Assembly: GCF_006345805.1 (NCBI RefSeq)
Contig: NC_043002.1
Coordinates: 29,264,001-29,328,000 of the forward strand
Source of the DNA: Octopus sinensis
Lineage: Eukaryota
Direction of reading: 5' to 3'
Length of the DNA stretch: 64,000 bases
Position numbers and translations under genes: made by a program. Below, piece by piece: positions 26,600 to 43,103 of this stretch. The notes beneath the pieces were generated by a model, which did no database searches, had not been told where the DNA came from, and worked only from the letters and a program-made list of their open reading frames with translations. Positions within the stretch are counted from its first letter, which is position 1, and every line of letters begins with the position of its first letter.

Positions 26600-27930
26600 A
26601 AAAAAAAGAATAAACGGGTTTCAGAACCTGATGATACTAGTTACAGATATACAAGCATTCAGGAATTCGACGATGTTATGTATAAGGAATTAGATGAACA
26701 AGTGAAAATGCTATATTTATAAAATATAAAGCTTCATTGACATCCAAATTTAAGTCAAGGGATGTGATAAATACGATCAACGTATTAACGGTATGCCTTT
26801 TGGTTTTGAGATACGGAATTGAACGCAAAGATAAAAAGATAAAGATGCATTAGTCAGAAATACGAAACGAGGAAGCCGTTATGTATGTATGGAACCCTTC
26901 ATTCAAAGTGTCATATTAGTCGTTTATACATGAAACAGTAAATTATTAAGAGAGGAGTGAGTAGTATTTGTCATTATGATTATGTGAATGAAGAAAAAAA
27001 GGTAATTAAATTACTGCATATGAAACAGTGAAGAACTATTTCAATATAAGGGTCTAAACATAGAGGGGACAAACAAGGACAGACAAAGGGATTAAGCCGA
27101 TTAGATTGACCACAGTACGTAACTGGTACTTGATTTATCGACCCTGAAAGGATGAAAGGCAAAGTTGACCTCGGCAGAATTTGAACTCAGAACGTAACGG
27201 CAGACGAAATACCTATTTCTTTACTACCCACAAGGAGCGAAACACAAAGAGGACAAGGGGCTAAACATAGAGGGGACAAACAAGGACAGACATAGGTAAT
27301 AAGTCGATTACATCGACCCCAGTGCGTAACTGATACTTAATTTATCGACCCCGAAAGAATGAAAAGCAAAGTCGACCTCGGCGGAATTTGAACTCACAAC
27401 GTAACGGCAGATGAAATACCGCTTAGTATTTCGCCTGGCGTGCTAACGTCTCTGCCAGCTCGCCGCCTTTTTCAATATGCTACAATAGAACAAGAACCTA
27501 CTTCATTTGAGCTTGAAGAGAAAAAGCATACCAAAGTAGGTTAATTTTCACAGGAAGAAAACTTAGTAGAAACGCAGTCATCGTTGGAGTGTCTCTAAAG
27601 TAAAGATTCAAAGAGTGAAACGGAAAAATTTTGGTGGGTGCTCAAAATCAAGCTCTTAACACAAGCTCAGTGAGTAAGGATAATTCATTCCACTGTTTCA
27701 ACGAACAAAATCGGCCTTTGCTATCAATGAGTGGACTTTCAGGCTGCAAAATGTGAGGAAACAAAAGCAAAGTTTTGTCTCAATTGACACTGGTCACATA
27801 CTTAAAAAACTACGGATGCAACACTCAGATAAGTTGTGCAATCAAGTACAAGAAAAGGGCTCTAAGCGAACCTGGTGCACAAAAGACCGTGTGGGAGTTG
27901 CACATCCGGGCCGATGAAATAATTGAACAA
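26600..27930 (+). pseudogene. Ancient RLE (R4/Dong-like) LINE remnant interrupted by SINEs
   Basis: Degenerate peptides YRYTSIQEFD, SKFKSRDVINTINV, HSKCHISRLY, LVGAQNQALNT and KTVWE are colinear with the young copies at 52.8-54.7 kb. Confidence 0.5.
27052..27470 (-). mobile_element. Tandem family A SINEs
   Basis: Two near-consensus units ending in CTGCCAGCTCGCCGCCTT. Confidence 0.9.
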
Positions 27931-27949
27931 GCACAGACATAATTGCACG

Positions 27950-28310
27950 AGAAGAATCTTGCTTGCCGACCACAGGGTTGCGGGTTCAGTCACACTTTGA
28001 GATAAGTTGGACAAATGTATACTTCTATATCCCCGGGTCGGCTAAAGACTTGTGCGTGGATTTGCTAGACGGAGACTGAAAGAAGCCCGTCATATATGTC
28101 TACACTTATATACGTATGTGTTTTTGTATCTGTATTTGCTCCCACCCCCGCTTGATAACCGGTGTTGATGTGTTTTTATCCCCGTAACTTAGCGGTTCTG
28201 CAAAAGTAACTGATAAAATAAGTACCAGGCTTCCAAAAATTATCAATGCGCGTCGTCTAAATTTCTTTGGCTGCAGTCTGATGACTGACACAAGCAAAAT
28301 ACAAAAGAAA
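27950..28310 (+). mobile_element. Decayed family B SINE
   Basis: GGGTTCAGTCAC...GTGGATTTGCTAGACGGAGACTGAAAGAAGCCCGTC...AAGTACCAGGCTT. Confidence 0.75.
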
Positions 28311-28939
28311 GATAAAAGTTAAGTAGACCAGCAACCTTATGCATTACACGATAACAAAGTGAGAAAAATTTTTCATAAAAGATGTTGCAATTCCATCAGA
28401 CGTAAACAATGTAGTCGTGGAAGTAGCAAAAGTTTCGAAAAATGTTGATTTAAAAATAGTTATAGCAAGAATATGGGGAGACCCAACAGCCAACACACGC
28501 ACACACACACACACACACACACATTATTTTTTACAAAGCATAAATATTTACTCGGAATAAATAAATTTTATGGTGAAACGTTTTAAACAAGATATGTTTA
28601 TACAAATCAAAGGTGTTTTTGCGTTGAACTGATTCCACATGCATCTACTTCTTTCGTGTATTGCTTATGGTTGGAAATTCCAAAATTTTAGCATGGAGAG
28701 CTCTGGGTTTATAGCTACTAAATGAGATCTGACTTTCTCTGGATCTTTAAAAAAGGTTCATTTCGTAAAGCCTCTTCTCAGTTTCATCTAGTTTTCTGTC
28801 CTTTTCCTACAATTTGAAATATGATCTCATCTCCTCCTCAATACGTACATTGTCTAAAAATGTGTATATTGTCTAAATATTTTTGTTGAGTTTATTTGGT
28901 TTTTAGAAGAACTGCAATATCATTTTGTTCAGGTAAGAT

Positions 28940-29046
28940 GATAGCCTCTCGGCGGAATTCGAACTCAGCGGGCGAATGCATTTCGCTAAGCATTTCGTCT
29001 AGCGTGCTAACGATTCTACCAGTTCACCGCTTGAATGATTATAAAG

Positions 29047-29107
<61 letters not shown>

Positions 29108-29587
29108 TAATAAAAGTGCAAAATAGAAGTGCAAAAGATTGTCTTAACTTGTACGTCACACGTACTGAGAAGAGCATCGTCGCAGTGAATTTTCTTTCTT
29201 CCCCCAACTTATTTTCTTTGTTTACTTTTTTATTTTAATTCAATTTTTTTCCTCTTTTTCTCTATCACATGACTTTGTAAATGGACATTTTGGTGTGTTT
29301 ATTTTAATGGGCTACCAATGTATATAGCGCGTTTCACTGCCCTAGGTGTCAGGGAGACACTCAACAAGAAATGAAAACGAAACTGAAAGATGATAATAAT
29401 AATAATGATAATAATAATAATAATGCTAATAATAAAGGTTTCAAATTCTTCCTCTAGGTCAGTCATGTTGGAGGAGGGGATGTACTTATTCTATCGATGC
29501 CGGAGGATGAAAGTCGACCTCAGCAGAATTTGAACTCAGATTGGAGCGACGGGCGAAATACCGCTAAGTATTTCTGCCAGCTCACTA

Positions 29588-29661
<74 letters not shown>

Positions 29662-29687
29662 GCAACAACAACAACAACAACAACAAC

Positions 29688-29744
<57 letters not shown>

Positions 29745-29887
29745 TATTATTATTATTATTATTATTATTATTGTTGTTATTATTATTACATGGACCGCAG
29801 CGCATAACTGGTTCTTATTTCATCAACCCCGAAGGATGAAAGGGAAAGTCAACCAGCCCGCTAACGATTCTGCCAGCTCACCGCCTA

Positions 29888-29947
<60 letters not shown>

Positions 29948-30121
29948 CTATGAAACTAAAAAAATTGTGTTGAAATATCAACCGTCCACTTTCTCAGGAA
30001 GTTTCTCTCCATCTAAAATACATGTGCCTTAGCTCTTTAGTTGAGATCTGGTCATCAGATAGAATAAGATGCAATTCAATCGGATAATAATAATGATAAC
30101 AACAACAACAACAACAACAAC

Positions 30122-30177
<56 letters not shown>

Positions 30178-30800
30178 TAATAATACTTTCTACTAAAGGC
30201 ACAGAACCTGAAAATGTGGGGAATGGTGCTAGTCGATTACATCAAATCCAGTACGTAACTGGTACTTATTTCATCAATCCCGAATAGATGAATGGCAAAG
30301 TTGACCTCGGCGAAGAAGAAGAAGAAAGAAGAAGAAGAAGAAGAAGAAGAAGAAGAAGAAGAAGAAGAAGAAGAAGAAGAAGAAGAAGAAGAAGAAGAAT
30401 CATGATGGTGATGATGATGGTGAGGAGGAGGATAATGATAATCTTTTCTAATTTAGGCTCAAGGACGCCAGTCTTGAGGTCTGGGATTCTATCATTACGT
30501 TACGGATATTATATTTTATCTACCTCGAAATCTTGAAAGGCGAAGTTTTTTTCTGGATGGGATTTCAACGCAGAATATAAAGAACCGAAACAAAGACCAC
30601 AAAGCAATTTATATCAATGGAACGCTCTTTTAATAATTTCTTGTAATTTTGACACACGGACATACATTTTGAAAGGAGGGGACTTTGTCGATTAAATCAG
30701 CTTCATTGCTTCATTTGTACCTTATTTCATTGAACTCGGAGAGGTGAAAGGTAAAGTTGACATTCAGATTATTTGAACTCAGAACGTTAGCAAAGTCCCA
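28940..30800 (-). repeat. Family A SINE fragments embedded in long (AAT)n, (AAC)n and (AAG)n tracts
   Basis: SINE pieces at about 28940, 29440, 29800, 30185 and 30660 alternate with trinucleotide microsatellites. Confidence 0.8.
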
Positions 30801-30827
30801 CCACCACCAAAAAACAAAACCAAAAAT

Positions 30828-31210
30828 TGGCTGTGTGGTAAGTAGCTTGCTTACCAACCACATGGTTCCGGGTTCAGGCCCACTGCGTGGCACCTTGGGC
30901 AAGTGTCTTCTACTATAGCCTCGAACTGATCAAAGCCTTGTGAGTGGATTTGGTAGTCAGAAACTGAAAGAAGCCCGTCGTGTATATGTATGTGCATATA
31001 TATGTCTGTCTGTGTTTGTCAACCCCAACATCACTTGGCAACCGATGCTGGTGTATTTACGTCCACTTCACTTAGCGGTTCGGCAAAAGAGATCGATAGA
31101 ATAAGTACTAGGCTTACAAAGAATAAGTCCTGGGGTCGATTTGCTCGACTAAAGGCGGTGCTCGAATATGGCCGCAGTCAAATGACTGAACCCCGTAAAA
31201 GAGTAAAAGA
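30828..31210 (+). mobile_element. Family B SINE, near consensus
   Basis: TGGCTGTGTGGTAAGTAGCTTGCTTACCAACCACATGGTTCCGGGTTCAGGCCCACTGCGTGGCACCTTGGGCAAGTG; tail GTAAAAGAGTAAAAGAG. Confidence 0.9.
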
Positions 31211-31841
31211 GTAATAAATAAATAAAATAATATAAAAAACTGGAAAAGTACTGCAAAGAACTTTGTGCGACGCTCTAATCATTCTGGTATAACACTCTCC
31301 ATAATAACAATCGTATTACTGGCCACGGCGACGACAGATAAGCAGTTATTAGAAGGGCAAACTGCAAAAACTGTATGAGAATTGGTTGCCACAGAATCGA
31401 ATAGAAGAAAACAGGCATAAAACCTACAATAAAAACAAGAGCAAATACAGTAACAACAACGACAACAACAAAATTGGCCACAATAATAAAGAAAGGCCCC
31501 AATAATATAGATATCTATAAGATGAGAAATAAAATGATTATATAGAAATTATATTGTTGTTGACACTTAGCAATAATCTCGATCGGGGTGCGGAGGTGAG
31601 ATATCTATTGATGCTATAGGATATTATAGATAATTGGTGATGCCTGTATGTATGTATGTTTGTGGTGTGTATATATATATATATATGAGGCTTGTTGTTC
31701 GGGGCCAATATACGTGCAAGTCTCACACCTTCCCCAGTTCAACGCCAGTGGTAAGGTTTACGATTTATATAGTGTATATAAGTTTATGTTCTGATAATTG
31801 AGACGTTTACGTACAATTATTTGTGTGTGTGTATGTGTGTG

Positions 31842-31874
<33 letters not shown>

Positions 31875-32235
31875 CTTATATACATTCGTGAGCGTGCATA
31901 TAGTTTGATATCTAATAAATAATTAATAATTAGGTAAAATAGAAGAAAAAAAATACCTACATAAATTCGGTTGGAACTGAAAGCTTAGGGTATAATTTAT
32001 GCTTATATATGTATGCATTGAAGTTAGTGAGTACGTATATGTGTATCTATGTGTGCATGTATGTGAGTATGCATGTATGTATGATGATTGTATGGATGTA
32101 TGCCTATTTTGCAAAGACCTTGTAGGATGAATATATATTTGTATACAAATACATACCCGCCACACACACATACTCACGGACAGATAAATAGACAGATACA
32201 TACGCATGTATGTGTGTTTTGTGTGTGTGCGTATG

Positions 32236-32294
<59 letters not shown>

Positions 32295-32347
32295 TATATA
32301 ATATATATATATATATAAATACATATATATATATATATAAATATATG

Positions 32348-32378
<31 letters not shown>

Positions 32379-32577
32379 ATATATATATATATATAATATA
32401 TATATATATAGAGAGAGAAAATGAGACAGTTGAAAAGTGACATCTGGGGGAGAGAGACTGAGATATGTATATCTAAATTTATGCTTCTTTGTGGTCAATT
32501 GCACGCACTCATTTGTGTATCTACTTCTATTTCTGGCGATATACATACATTTATATGCATATATATATATATATATA

Positions 32578-32640
<63 letters not shown>

Positions 32641-33189
32641 TATATATATGTATGTGCATGCAATGTGTGAGTAGTCTTACGAAAAGCACTTAGGGCTAAT
32701 GCCAGTTAATGTGTGAGAATGGATCCAAACTCTTTGATCTCAGTTTATCCATAATGCGAAAGAAGATTGTTTTAGGGTAAGCTAAATGGGTTAGTAATGA
32801 GACTGGCAATGCTGTGTATACGTGTGTCTGTTCCTCCGTTTGTGCCTTCCTATGTGTACCGCAGTGCATTTATGCATCTGTGCATACTTCCGTTTATTAT
32901 ATGAGACTGTATGTATATAAGTATTTGGGCCTGTGTGAGTGAGTGTGTATGTGTGTGTGAGTGTGTGTGTGTGTGTGTGTTGGAGATGTATCTGGTGGAG
33001 CAAATATAAACTCTTGATCGAATAACAATAAAAATATACAAAAAAAAGTGTAACCTCGTAATAAGTAAAGTAATATCGTATAAAATATATATAAAGTATA
33101 TTTACTGTCTTTTGTTTTTGTTTAAATACATATAGTGCGTTCGGACACATACTCAAATACCTACTCCCTCTCTTTCTCTCAATCTCTCT

Positions 33190-33220
<31 letters not shown>

Positions 33221-33416
33221 CCTCTCGCACATACGCGCGTGCGCAAGCACATAGACAGTGTAAAACACTTCAGAAACGAGTATCCGGAACACACACACAT
33301 ATAGATGCATTGAAACATATACATACATGTATGTATGTATGTATGTATGTATGTATGTATGTATGTATGTATGTATGTATATATGTAAAATACATACTAT
33401 ATATATAAATATATAA

Positions 33417-33448
<32 letters not shown>

Positions 33449-33652
33449 GGATAAATATATATATATGTATCTATGTACATATTTATAAATATGTATCTAT
33501 ATATGTGTATATATATATATGTATATGTATGTGCATATATATGTATATATATATGCACATACATATACATACACATACATATATGTACATATAGATGTAT
33601 ATACATATATAGATACATATTTATAAAAATGTACATAGAAACATCTATATTT

Positions 33653-33720
<68 letters not shown>

Positions 33721-34398
33721 CTTATATATTTATATATATAGTCTGTATTTTACATATATATATATCCTAAACCACCACAATCTACCGTAATTATGAATTC
33801 ATTGATGTTTACTGCACCATAAAAGTACGCTGAACTATGGTTGGGTGGTGTTTTGCCAATGCGAAAATTATGCGAGCATATGTTCAATTTTCTATTATGA
33901 TATCGCCACTTAAAGTGCCACATTGCTTAGAGTTATAAAAGACTCCAGTAAGACTCTTGCAATTGGCTGGTACCCTGCTTTAAATAGTAGTGAAATACCC
34001 CTCAAATATCAGCTTAACGTCTTTCTTAAGGCATGTTCCAGGAGGATGATGCATTATACTCCACATTCTGCAGTGTCTCTGTGATAGAAAGGAAGGATTC
34101 AATTATACTCAAACCCCAGATGTAACCCCAAATGCCCAAAACAGCTAAATGTACATTGACTGTACTAAATGTAAGCAGTGTTAGGGATTAAGCCTATCCC
34201 TTCACTAATGTATATCAAAGACCATTCTATGATGGGATTCAACACAGTTTCTGCGTACCAAATTTCGCCCATGTTGTGAGTGAGTCGGTGGGTAGATGTA
34301 TGTAGTGTGGAGGGTGGGTAAACGGGTAGGAACTCTGACTTACAAGACTACTGTATTCTTCATCAATGTTCTAAATATGAGACATCATTATACAAGCG

Positions 34399-34434
<36 letters not shown>

Positions 34435-34699
34435 AATATTTATAATATGTATATTTACCTAAAGACCCACAAAAACAAACATATATATTTATAAATATAC
34501 AGGCGTATAGAGACATACGCATACACATGTAATAACGAAGGCAAACGTGGCTGTCCAGATAAATCCATTATAATTTGTTCTCTGTGCTGCAACATGAACG
34601 CTGCCCGTCTCCCAAAATAGGAATATTCAAGAGGAACATCTGGAATTTGGAAGGTCATCCTAAATGCGTGTTTTTTGTTTTCCTTTCAGCTTATATATA

Positions 34700-35460
34700 A
34701 ACCCATATTGGACCAACTCTCACTCGATCTCCAGATCTCATATTGTACGCGAGACAAGCTACTTAACACAGGCAAGCTCCATATTAGAAGAATAAACTAC
34801 GGTTACATCACTAATTGAAGAACTGCCCAAATGTGATGACAATGCAAAGAGGATCCGCCGCTATTTACTAACCTTTTCACTAACGCGTAGAACAGAACGA
34901 TTGTAAATCTCAACATAAGTAGACTTCAGATCGTTAATTAACTAACAAATAGAAACGTAAAATAGATGTTTAGGTTTTTTAAGAGATGGTGGAAAATGTA
35001 AAACATTTTCCACTTCCTGCTAGACACCTATCATAGAACATACTTATTAAAGAATGTTCAGCGCCAAATCTGAAAGTCTAGAAAGACAGGTATAGAAAGA
35101 TCATGGTCAGAAGCAAGCTTTTCAATAAATAGTCCCTAAAGCAACTAATGTGTGCTCGTATTATAAGGCTCAGAAAAATGGTCAAGCTATATTTAACATC
35201 TTAAGTACCTAAAATAATATCAGAATGGACGTTTGCAAGAAAAAACAAATATGTACATCAAGTGATGGAAATGACCCAGAAGATTCTCAGCAAGCTCAAG
35301 AAAGCTAATATTTTCTACATTGAAACCAACATCACGTGATATTAGTCTTGATAGGCTGCTCTTGACGAGCGAATACTAGAGTGTTGGCTGCTTGAGCAAC
35401 TGTCGCGCACCCAAGTGAAAGATGGAAAGCGTAGTCGAGGACGACAAGAGAATGTGATTT
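34700..35460 (+). pseudogene. Highly decayed LINE (RTE-like) C-terminal remnant
   Basis: ERILECWLLEQLSRTQVKDGKRSRGRQ resembles the RTE C-terminal GKRxRGRQ motif; the rest is heavily disrupted. Confidence 0.4.
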
Positions 35461-35484
35461 GAATACGTACATGAATAAGATTTA

Positions 35485-35701
35485 CAAGAGGGTGCTGAAA
35501 AGTTCCTGGCTTGGAGTAAGAGAAACTACAGGACGGTCAGTTTATTATGATTTTACTCAAGATATTTCCTTCTCAGATTCACACACTTATTGCAGCGGTC
35601 CTGCAAGTTTTCTAAGCCCTGTAAAAGAAACGGGAATGTTGGGCCTATAACCAGGAGTTTCGTGATACACTTAAAGCCAGGAACTGTTCAGTAACCGCTT
35701 G
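35485..35701. mobile_element. Mariner-derived MITE
   Basis: TIRs CAAGAGGGTGCTGAAAAGTTCCTGGCT / AGCCAGGAACTGTTCAGTAACCGCTTG, each flanked by TA; 217 bp. Confidence 0.8.
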
Positions 35702-36379
35702 TAAAAACTGTGGCATCACAGTGTTCAATTGGGATTCAGTGGTGGAGACAATAAAGAACTTTAGTGAGTCCATCTTAAAGACACAGTACATAGCGAACAT
35801 CGTTGCAAACTTGAAAAAAACCTGAGCAAAATGACCATTGTTGCAGATCTTTATACTTGTGACAACAAGTGCACGTCATATAAACATACGCGTGTGTGTG
35901 TGTGTGGAGGGGGTCTGTGAATATTTGTACATGTGAGTGAATGTATGGTCACCATCAAAATTCAATGATAATACTAAATGCCAAAACTACATTAACTTCA
36001 AGGACAGTAGCTGAGGAGAGGACATCTACGTACGTTTAGATTAAAATTAATCTTACTTTGACGTGCATATCATTGCTTATATGTGGTTTACCTCTAACGT
36101 CATATTATTAAAATAGGTTCTTCATCATACTGATAGTATTGCAGTTTGTTGCGTTTTATATTTAGGTTTCTCCTATTTTCTAATATGGCAAAAGGAATAA
36201 AGTTATTGATTCATTCTTGGCTCAGTTTATATTCATTTTTTTTATATTCAGTTAAATGTATATTGAAGATTATATCTAGTTACTAGTCATAGAGCATAGG
36301 GATTTTGGAGGTATTACAATTGTTGGGGTGTATATAAGGTAGCAAGTAGGCTGTAGTTCACTTATATATATATATATGG

Positions 36380-37760
<1,381 letters not shown>

Positions 37761-39029
37761 TATCTGTAAATATTTGCCTCTGTCAGTATGCGTGTTTCCT
37801 TCACTTTCTAAATATATACACACGTAACGTGCATATATGTACACATACATTCATGCAAACACACTCTCGCTCACACAGACACACATGTAATTGTGTGTGG
37901 GGGTGAGATAAGTATATGTTGGGTTTAGGTTATGTTTTAAAGTTAAACAGTTGCTAGTCAATGTTTTTGTGATGTAAGCAGATGATGTCAATGTTTTATC
38001 TCCAACTCATCTCCATCCATTAATACAACCATCACTTTTATTGCAGTTTAAACAACGTCAAGTAGTAATATCTTTAAATGTGCTGCTTTATACACTTGCG
38101 TAATACACACACACACATACACACACGTACACGTATATCAATGTATGTATAATATTAATGTGTATATATATATTCATATAAATATATGACTGCATGTACA
38201 ATTATATTTATAGGTATATATACATATATATTTATACATGTATATGTATATATATATATACATAATTATATTCTATGCAAATATACACTTTTGCGTGTAA
38301 ATATACTTTTATGTCTATGTATACAAATATATACATTAATGCATATGCTTATGTGTATGAGTTTACATATACGTACACATACATACATACATACATATAT
38401 ATATAATTCCTTACATACATACGTATATACGTACACACATATATAGGCGTAAGAACGTGTCTCTGTATCTGTAATTACATAAAAACGTCTAGATATACGG
38501 GTAAATACACACCAGTATATTTATTCAAAAATAACTGTCCAAAATGTTTTCTGGTTCGTGAGAATAATTCTTGACTGAGAAACATAAGGCCTGGGATAAT
38601 GTCTTCTTAAATCAGAAGTGAAATGATAAATATATCATCAAAGATTTGCTTGTAGATTCTTCAACGTGATGACATTTAATCCAAAGATACTTCGGTGAAT
38701 TACGCAATCCTAGAGATGATTGCTGTGAACAATGTTTGAAGGCCGTGAGATGGCTCTGTAAAAGAAAACAGTGTCACTGGTTATGTTTGAAAAATAAGTG
38801 CAAAACTTAAAATTTGATGAGAAGGCTTAATCGATAGAATTGACCTCAAGACTGGATTGCTACTGCATTTTATGGATTTAGAAGGAATATCAGGCATGAT
38901 GGAAGTGGTGTGATTCCAACTCAGCCTAAAGAACGATTGAAAATGCTTTGCCTTACACTCTATTGGTTCTGCCAGTTTGCAACCTTTAATAACCATGATA
39001 TTGATTTCAAATTTTGACAGAAAGCCAGC

Positions 39030-39425
39030 AATTTCATAGGACGGGGCAAGGCGATTGCATCGATCCCAATTTTTCAAGCGGTACTTATTCTAGCGACCCC
39101 AAAGGGATGAAAGGCAAAGTTGACCTCCACGGAATTTCAACTCACAACTCAAAGACGGACGAAATGCCGCTAAGCGTTCTTTCCGGTGTGCTATGGCTTC
39201 TACTAGATCGCCGCCTTTTAAAAAATTTTAATAGTGATAGTGATAAAGTTGATGATAGTTATAATAACAATAAGCCTTTGTACTAAAAGCTCACGGCCTA
39301 AAATGTGGGGAGAGGGGAATTGTCAATTACATTGACCCCAGTATTTTACTGGTACTTAATTCATCGACCCCGAAAGGAGGAAGACACAGTCGGCCTCGGC
39401 GAAATTTGAACCCGGAATGTAAAGA
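39030..39425 (-). mobile_element. Two family A SINEs
   Basis: GACCCCAAAGGGATGAAAGGCAAAGTTGACCTC and GACCCCGAAAGGAGGAAGACACAGTCGGCCTCGGCG. Confidence 0.8.
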
Positions 39426-39489
39426 TTGATGGTGATAATGATGATGGTTATAATAAAAATAAAAAATAAAATAAAATAAAAATAATAAC

Positions 39490-39526
<37 letters not shown>

Positions 39527-39555
39527 GTAACAATAACAATGACAATAATAATGAT

Positions 39556-39613
<58 letters not shown>

Positions 39614-39764
39614 TACCTTTCTACTGGAAGCACAAGGCCTCAAAAAGAAGAAAAGAGAAAAGAAAAATATAGGCAGAGTTAGATATTCTCTCGAAGGGCA
39701 TTTCTGTGTTAGACCGAAAAAAGAAAGGGGAGTTAAAAGCGAACAAAATGACAGGGTGCTGAAA

Positions 39765-40620
39765 AGGAAGTATAATATTGAAAGAAAGGGCCTGAAAGAG
39801 GAGGAACTGGAACAGCGCCTCGTAGCAAAGAAAGCAAATATGGTATGATATGACCAAAGAATGAAAGGTTACCACCAGAATAGGTTATTCAATGTAGATC
39901 AGAAGAGATTCTATAAAGAAATAAATGGAGAGTATGTAGATGAAAAGTTGATACCAGATAACAATGAAAGTCAAAGGTTTTGGAGTGACATCGGAAGCAA
40001 AGACAAGGAGCACAAGAAGGATGCTGAATGGTTGCAAGAACTGAAATAAACACTAGTCTGTGCAAAACAGGCAGAACTTGTCATTTCAGTTAGGGAAGTG
40101 AAAAAATCGGCAAAGAAATGAGCAGGTTGAAGGCCTCGGGAATAGATGGGGTTCAAGGCTACTGGATCAAAAGATTTGGTGAATGTCGTGCACGAATAGC
40201 TGCGCAACTCAACACCTTGTTCAATGCTGACCAAGTAAGATCAGAATGGTTGACATTGGGTAGGACAATCCTGTGCTTGAAAAACATCGAAAAAAGGCAA
40301 CACGGTAGACAATTAAAGGCCGATATCCTGTTTGCCACTTATGTGGAAGTTATTGACTGGAATACTCGCAGAGTCAACGTTCGAACATCTACAAAAAAAA
40401 ATGGAGTACTTAGAGACTGCAAGAGGAGGAAAAGTAACTTAGGCATGTCATGGATCGACTTTCGTAAGGCGTACGATACGCTCCCACATTCTTGGATTAT
40501 GGAATGTATGAATCTAATTGGTATTGCATCGAATGTTGAACGATTGCTAGGTATGGCGAATTGGAGGACGGACCTGACAGCGTACCGAAGAAGTTTAGGG
40601 ACAGCAGAAATCAGGAGGGG
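39765..40620 (+). pseudogene. RLE (R4/Dong-like) LINE, pre-RT and N-terminal RT fragment
   Basis: QNRLFNVDQKRFYKE, KASGIDGVQGYWIK, EWLTLGRTIL, WIDFRKAYDTLPHSWI; ends at an (AAT)n tract. Confidence 0.85.
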
Positions 40621-40630
40621 AATAATAATG

Positions 40631-40725
<95 letters not shown>

Positions 40726-40736
40726 TATAATAATAA

Positions 40737-41293
40737 AAGCCCTGATGCAGTACCAGGCAGTGGCTCTCATGGCTTCTGGTTCTTAACTGATTGGAAGTGT
40801 TATCATGTACATTGTTTTGTCTTGGTATAAAAGATGGGCTACAGCAAATATTCTGCTCAATACCACAGATTTGCTTGTCAGTTGTTTGACCGCGAACCAG
40901 TTGAGCATGTCCCTTAGTGGCTGACGATATGTGCATCTCTGATCACGACCAGAAGTCGTGGGGGAGCATCATAGCCATGTGTTGAGAGGGATTCTTTGGG
41001 GTTTGAATAATTCACCTCTGGAATCATGGGTGGTTCTTTCAACATCCTTAAACAACCTTATTCAGGGACCTTTTGAGCGGGATGGGCTACTCAACCTGAA
41101 GAAAATTCTAACTGGGCCCCACCTGCAAGGTCATGTGCTGTTTATCTTAATATGAGATCACCATGTCGCGCACATATGGTTGTGATGCATGTGCCTGGTG
41201 TACCCTTATCAGACGGGTAGTCATGATGGGTATATTGGGCTTCGTATATTTTACCCCAGTGTCACTTTGATGGCATGCACTGCTCTCTCACTC
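40737..41293 (+). repeat. Non-coding repeat ending in (AAT)n, probable RLE-LINE 3' UTR or dependent SINE
   Basis: 41090-41293 is the reverse complement of 52592-52800. Confidence 0.6.
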
Positions 41294-41371
41294 AATAATA
41301 ATAATAAAAATGATAATAATAATAATAATAATTACAGTTGACCACTGCTAGTTTGATATGAATATATTAAT

Positions 41372-41554
41372 CGCCATGGATTAATATTGCAATGGATTAT
41401 ATGCCGTAAATCTGGACTTCCATTTGAGAAGAAATGATGGGAACATGAACAAGTCAAACTATTAGAAAATGAAGATACCACCGTTCTTTGGTACACTAGT
41501 ATCCATACGTATAGTGCTATTGAGGCCAATAGACCTTATATTGTGGTTAAAAAT
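41372..41554 (+). pseudogene. RLE endonuclease fragment
   Basis: RHGLILQWIICRKSGLPFEKK*WEHEQVKLLENEDTTVLWYTSIHTYSAIEANRPYIVVK. Confidence 0.75.
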
Positions 41555-42104
41555 CTTCCTGTCTCTCACTTTCTCTCTCTATCCCTTCCTCTCTCTCACT
41601 CTCGTTCTCTTTCTCCTCTGCCCTCTGTGTCGCCCTCTTTCCGCTATTGACACATGATCCGTAGACAGCCTTATTTTCTTTCTCTCTTTTTTTTTCTTAC
41701 ACCGGTCGTAATTTCTCTAGTCTCCACTTCAGCCTCTTTCGCAGTCTGTCTCTCTTTTGTTTCCAGTCCTGTAGGATATCCCTCTTAGCGTTACCCGTAC
41801 TTCATTTTCATCCAGCCCTTAGGCTGCATTCCGCTTTTCATTTTTATCCCTCGTCCGTCCATAACGGTCGCGTCTTGGATTACAGTTATTCATTATGGTA
41901 TGTCCAATTCTGTATTGCTTGTTATTCGTGTATTGTTTATCTGTTCGCGGTCTTATTTTCCCTGCAGTCACCAGATGGCAAACAATATTATCGTTAAAGG
42001 CACGAAATTGCGTTAGACTCATTAGCCAATCAGCGATGAGGAGTTGGGGACAGTCCGTGTCTGTTTTTCGTTTGTCTGTGTATTTACAGTACGCTTTTTA
42101 AACA

Positions 42105-42162
<58 letters not shown>

Positions 42163-42169
<7 letters not shown>

Positions 42170-42748
42170 CACGTGATCACGAGACCGATCAGACCATCAG
42201 ATGTTGCTACACATCGCTAGTCACAATGCGTTCGCATTGTTTTAGCCTTCGAATGACGCCACCCCGCTGGCTAAGCGAGCAGGCCAGCAGAAGAAAGAGA
42301 GAAAGAGTGGTAAAAGAGTACAGCAGGGATCCCCCCTGCCGGAGCCTCGTAGAGCTTTTTTTCTTAGGAGTTTTCGCTCAATAAACACACACAACGCCCG
42401 GTCTGGGAATCGAAACCGCGAGTCCGCTGCCCTAACCACTGGGCCATATATATATATCACGTGATCACGTGACCGACCAGACCATCAGATGTTGCTACAC
42501 ATCGCTGGTCACAATGCGTTCACATTGTTTTAGCCTTCGAATGACGACACGACGCTTGCTAAGCGAGCAGGCCAGCAGAAGAAAGAGAGAAAGAGTGGTG
42601 AAAGAGTACAGCAGGGATCACCCCCACCTGCCGGAGCCTCGTAGAGCTTTTTTTTAGGAGTTTTCGCTCAATAAACACAGACAACGCCGATCTTGGAATC
42701 GAAACCGCGATCCTACGACCGCGAGTCCGCTGCCCTAACCACTGGCCA
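42163..42748 (-). mobile_element. Tandem pair of family C SINEs
   Basis: About 290-bp units at 42163-42447 and 42455-42748, highly similar, separated by a short (TA)n. Confidence 0.85.
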
Positions 42749-42779
42749 TACATACATACATATATATGTATAATATATA

Positions 42780-42917
<138 letters not shown>

Positions 42918-42929
42918 ATATATCTATAT

Positions 42930-42976
<47 letters not shown>

Positions 42977-43103
42977 TATATATATTATATATATATATAT
43001 ATATATAATATATATATAATAATAAAATTAGGGAATATATCCAAATTTCCAGGGAAAAAAAAATCAGATTTAGGATTAATCCAATTTTATAGTAAAATAT
43101 TAT

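Noticed and set aside
41090-41150. Possible HDV-like ribozyme in the LINE-associated repeat
   Set aside because: Could not build the nested double pseudoknot by hand.
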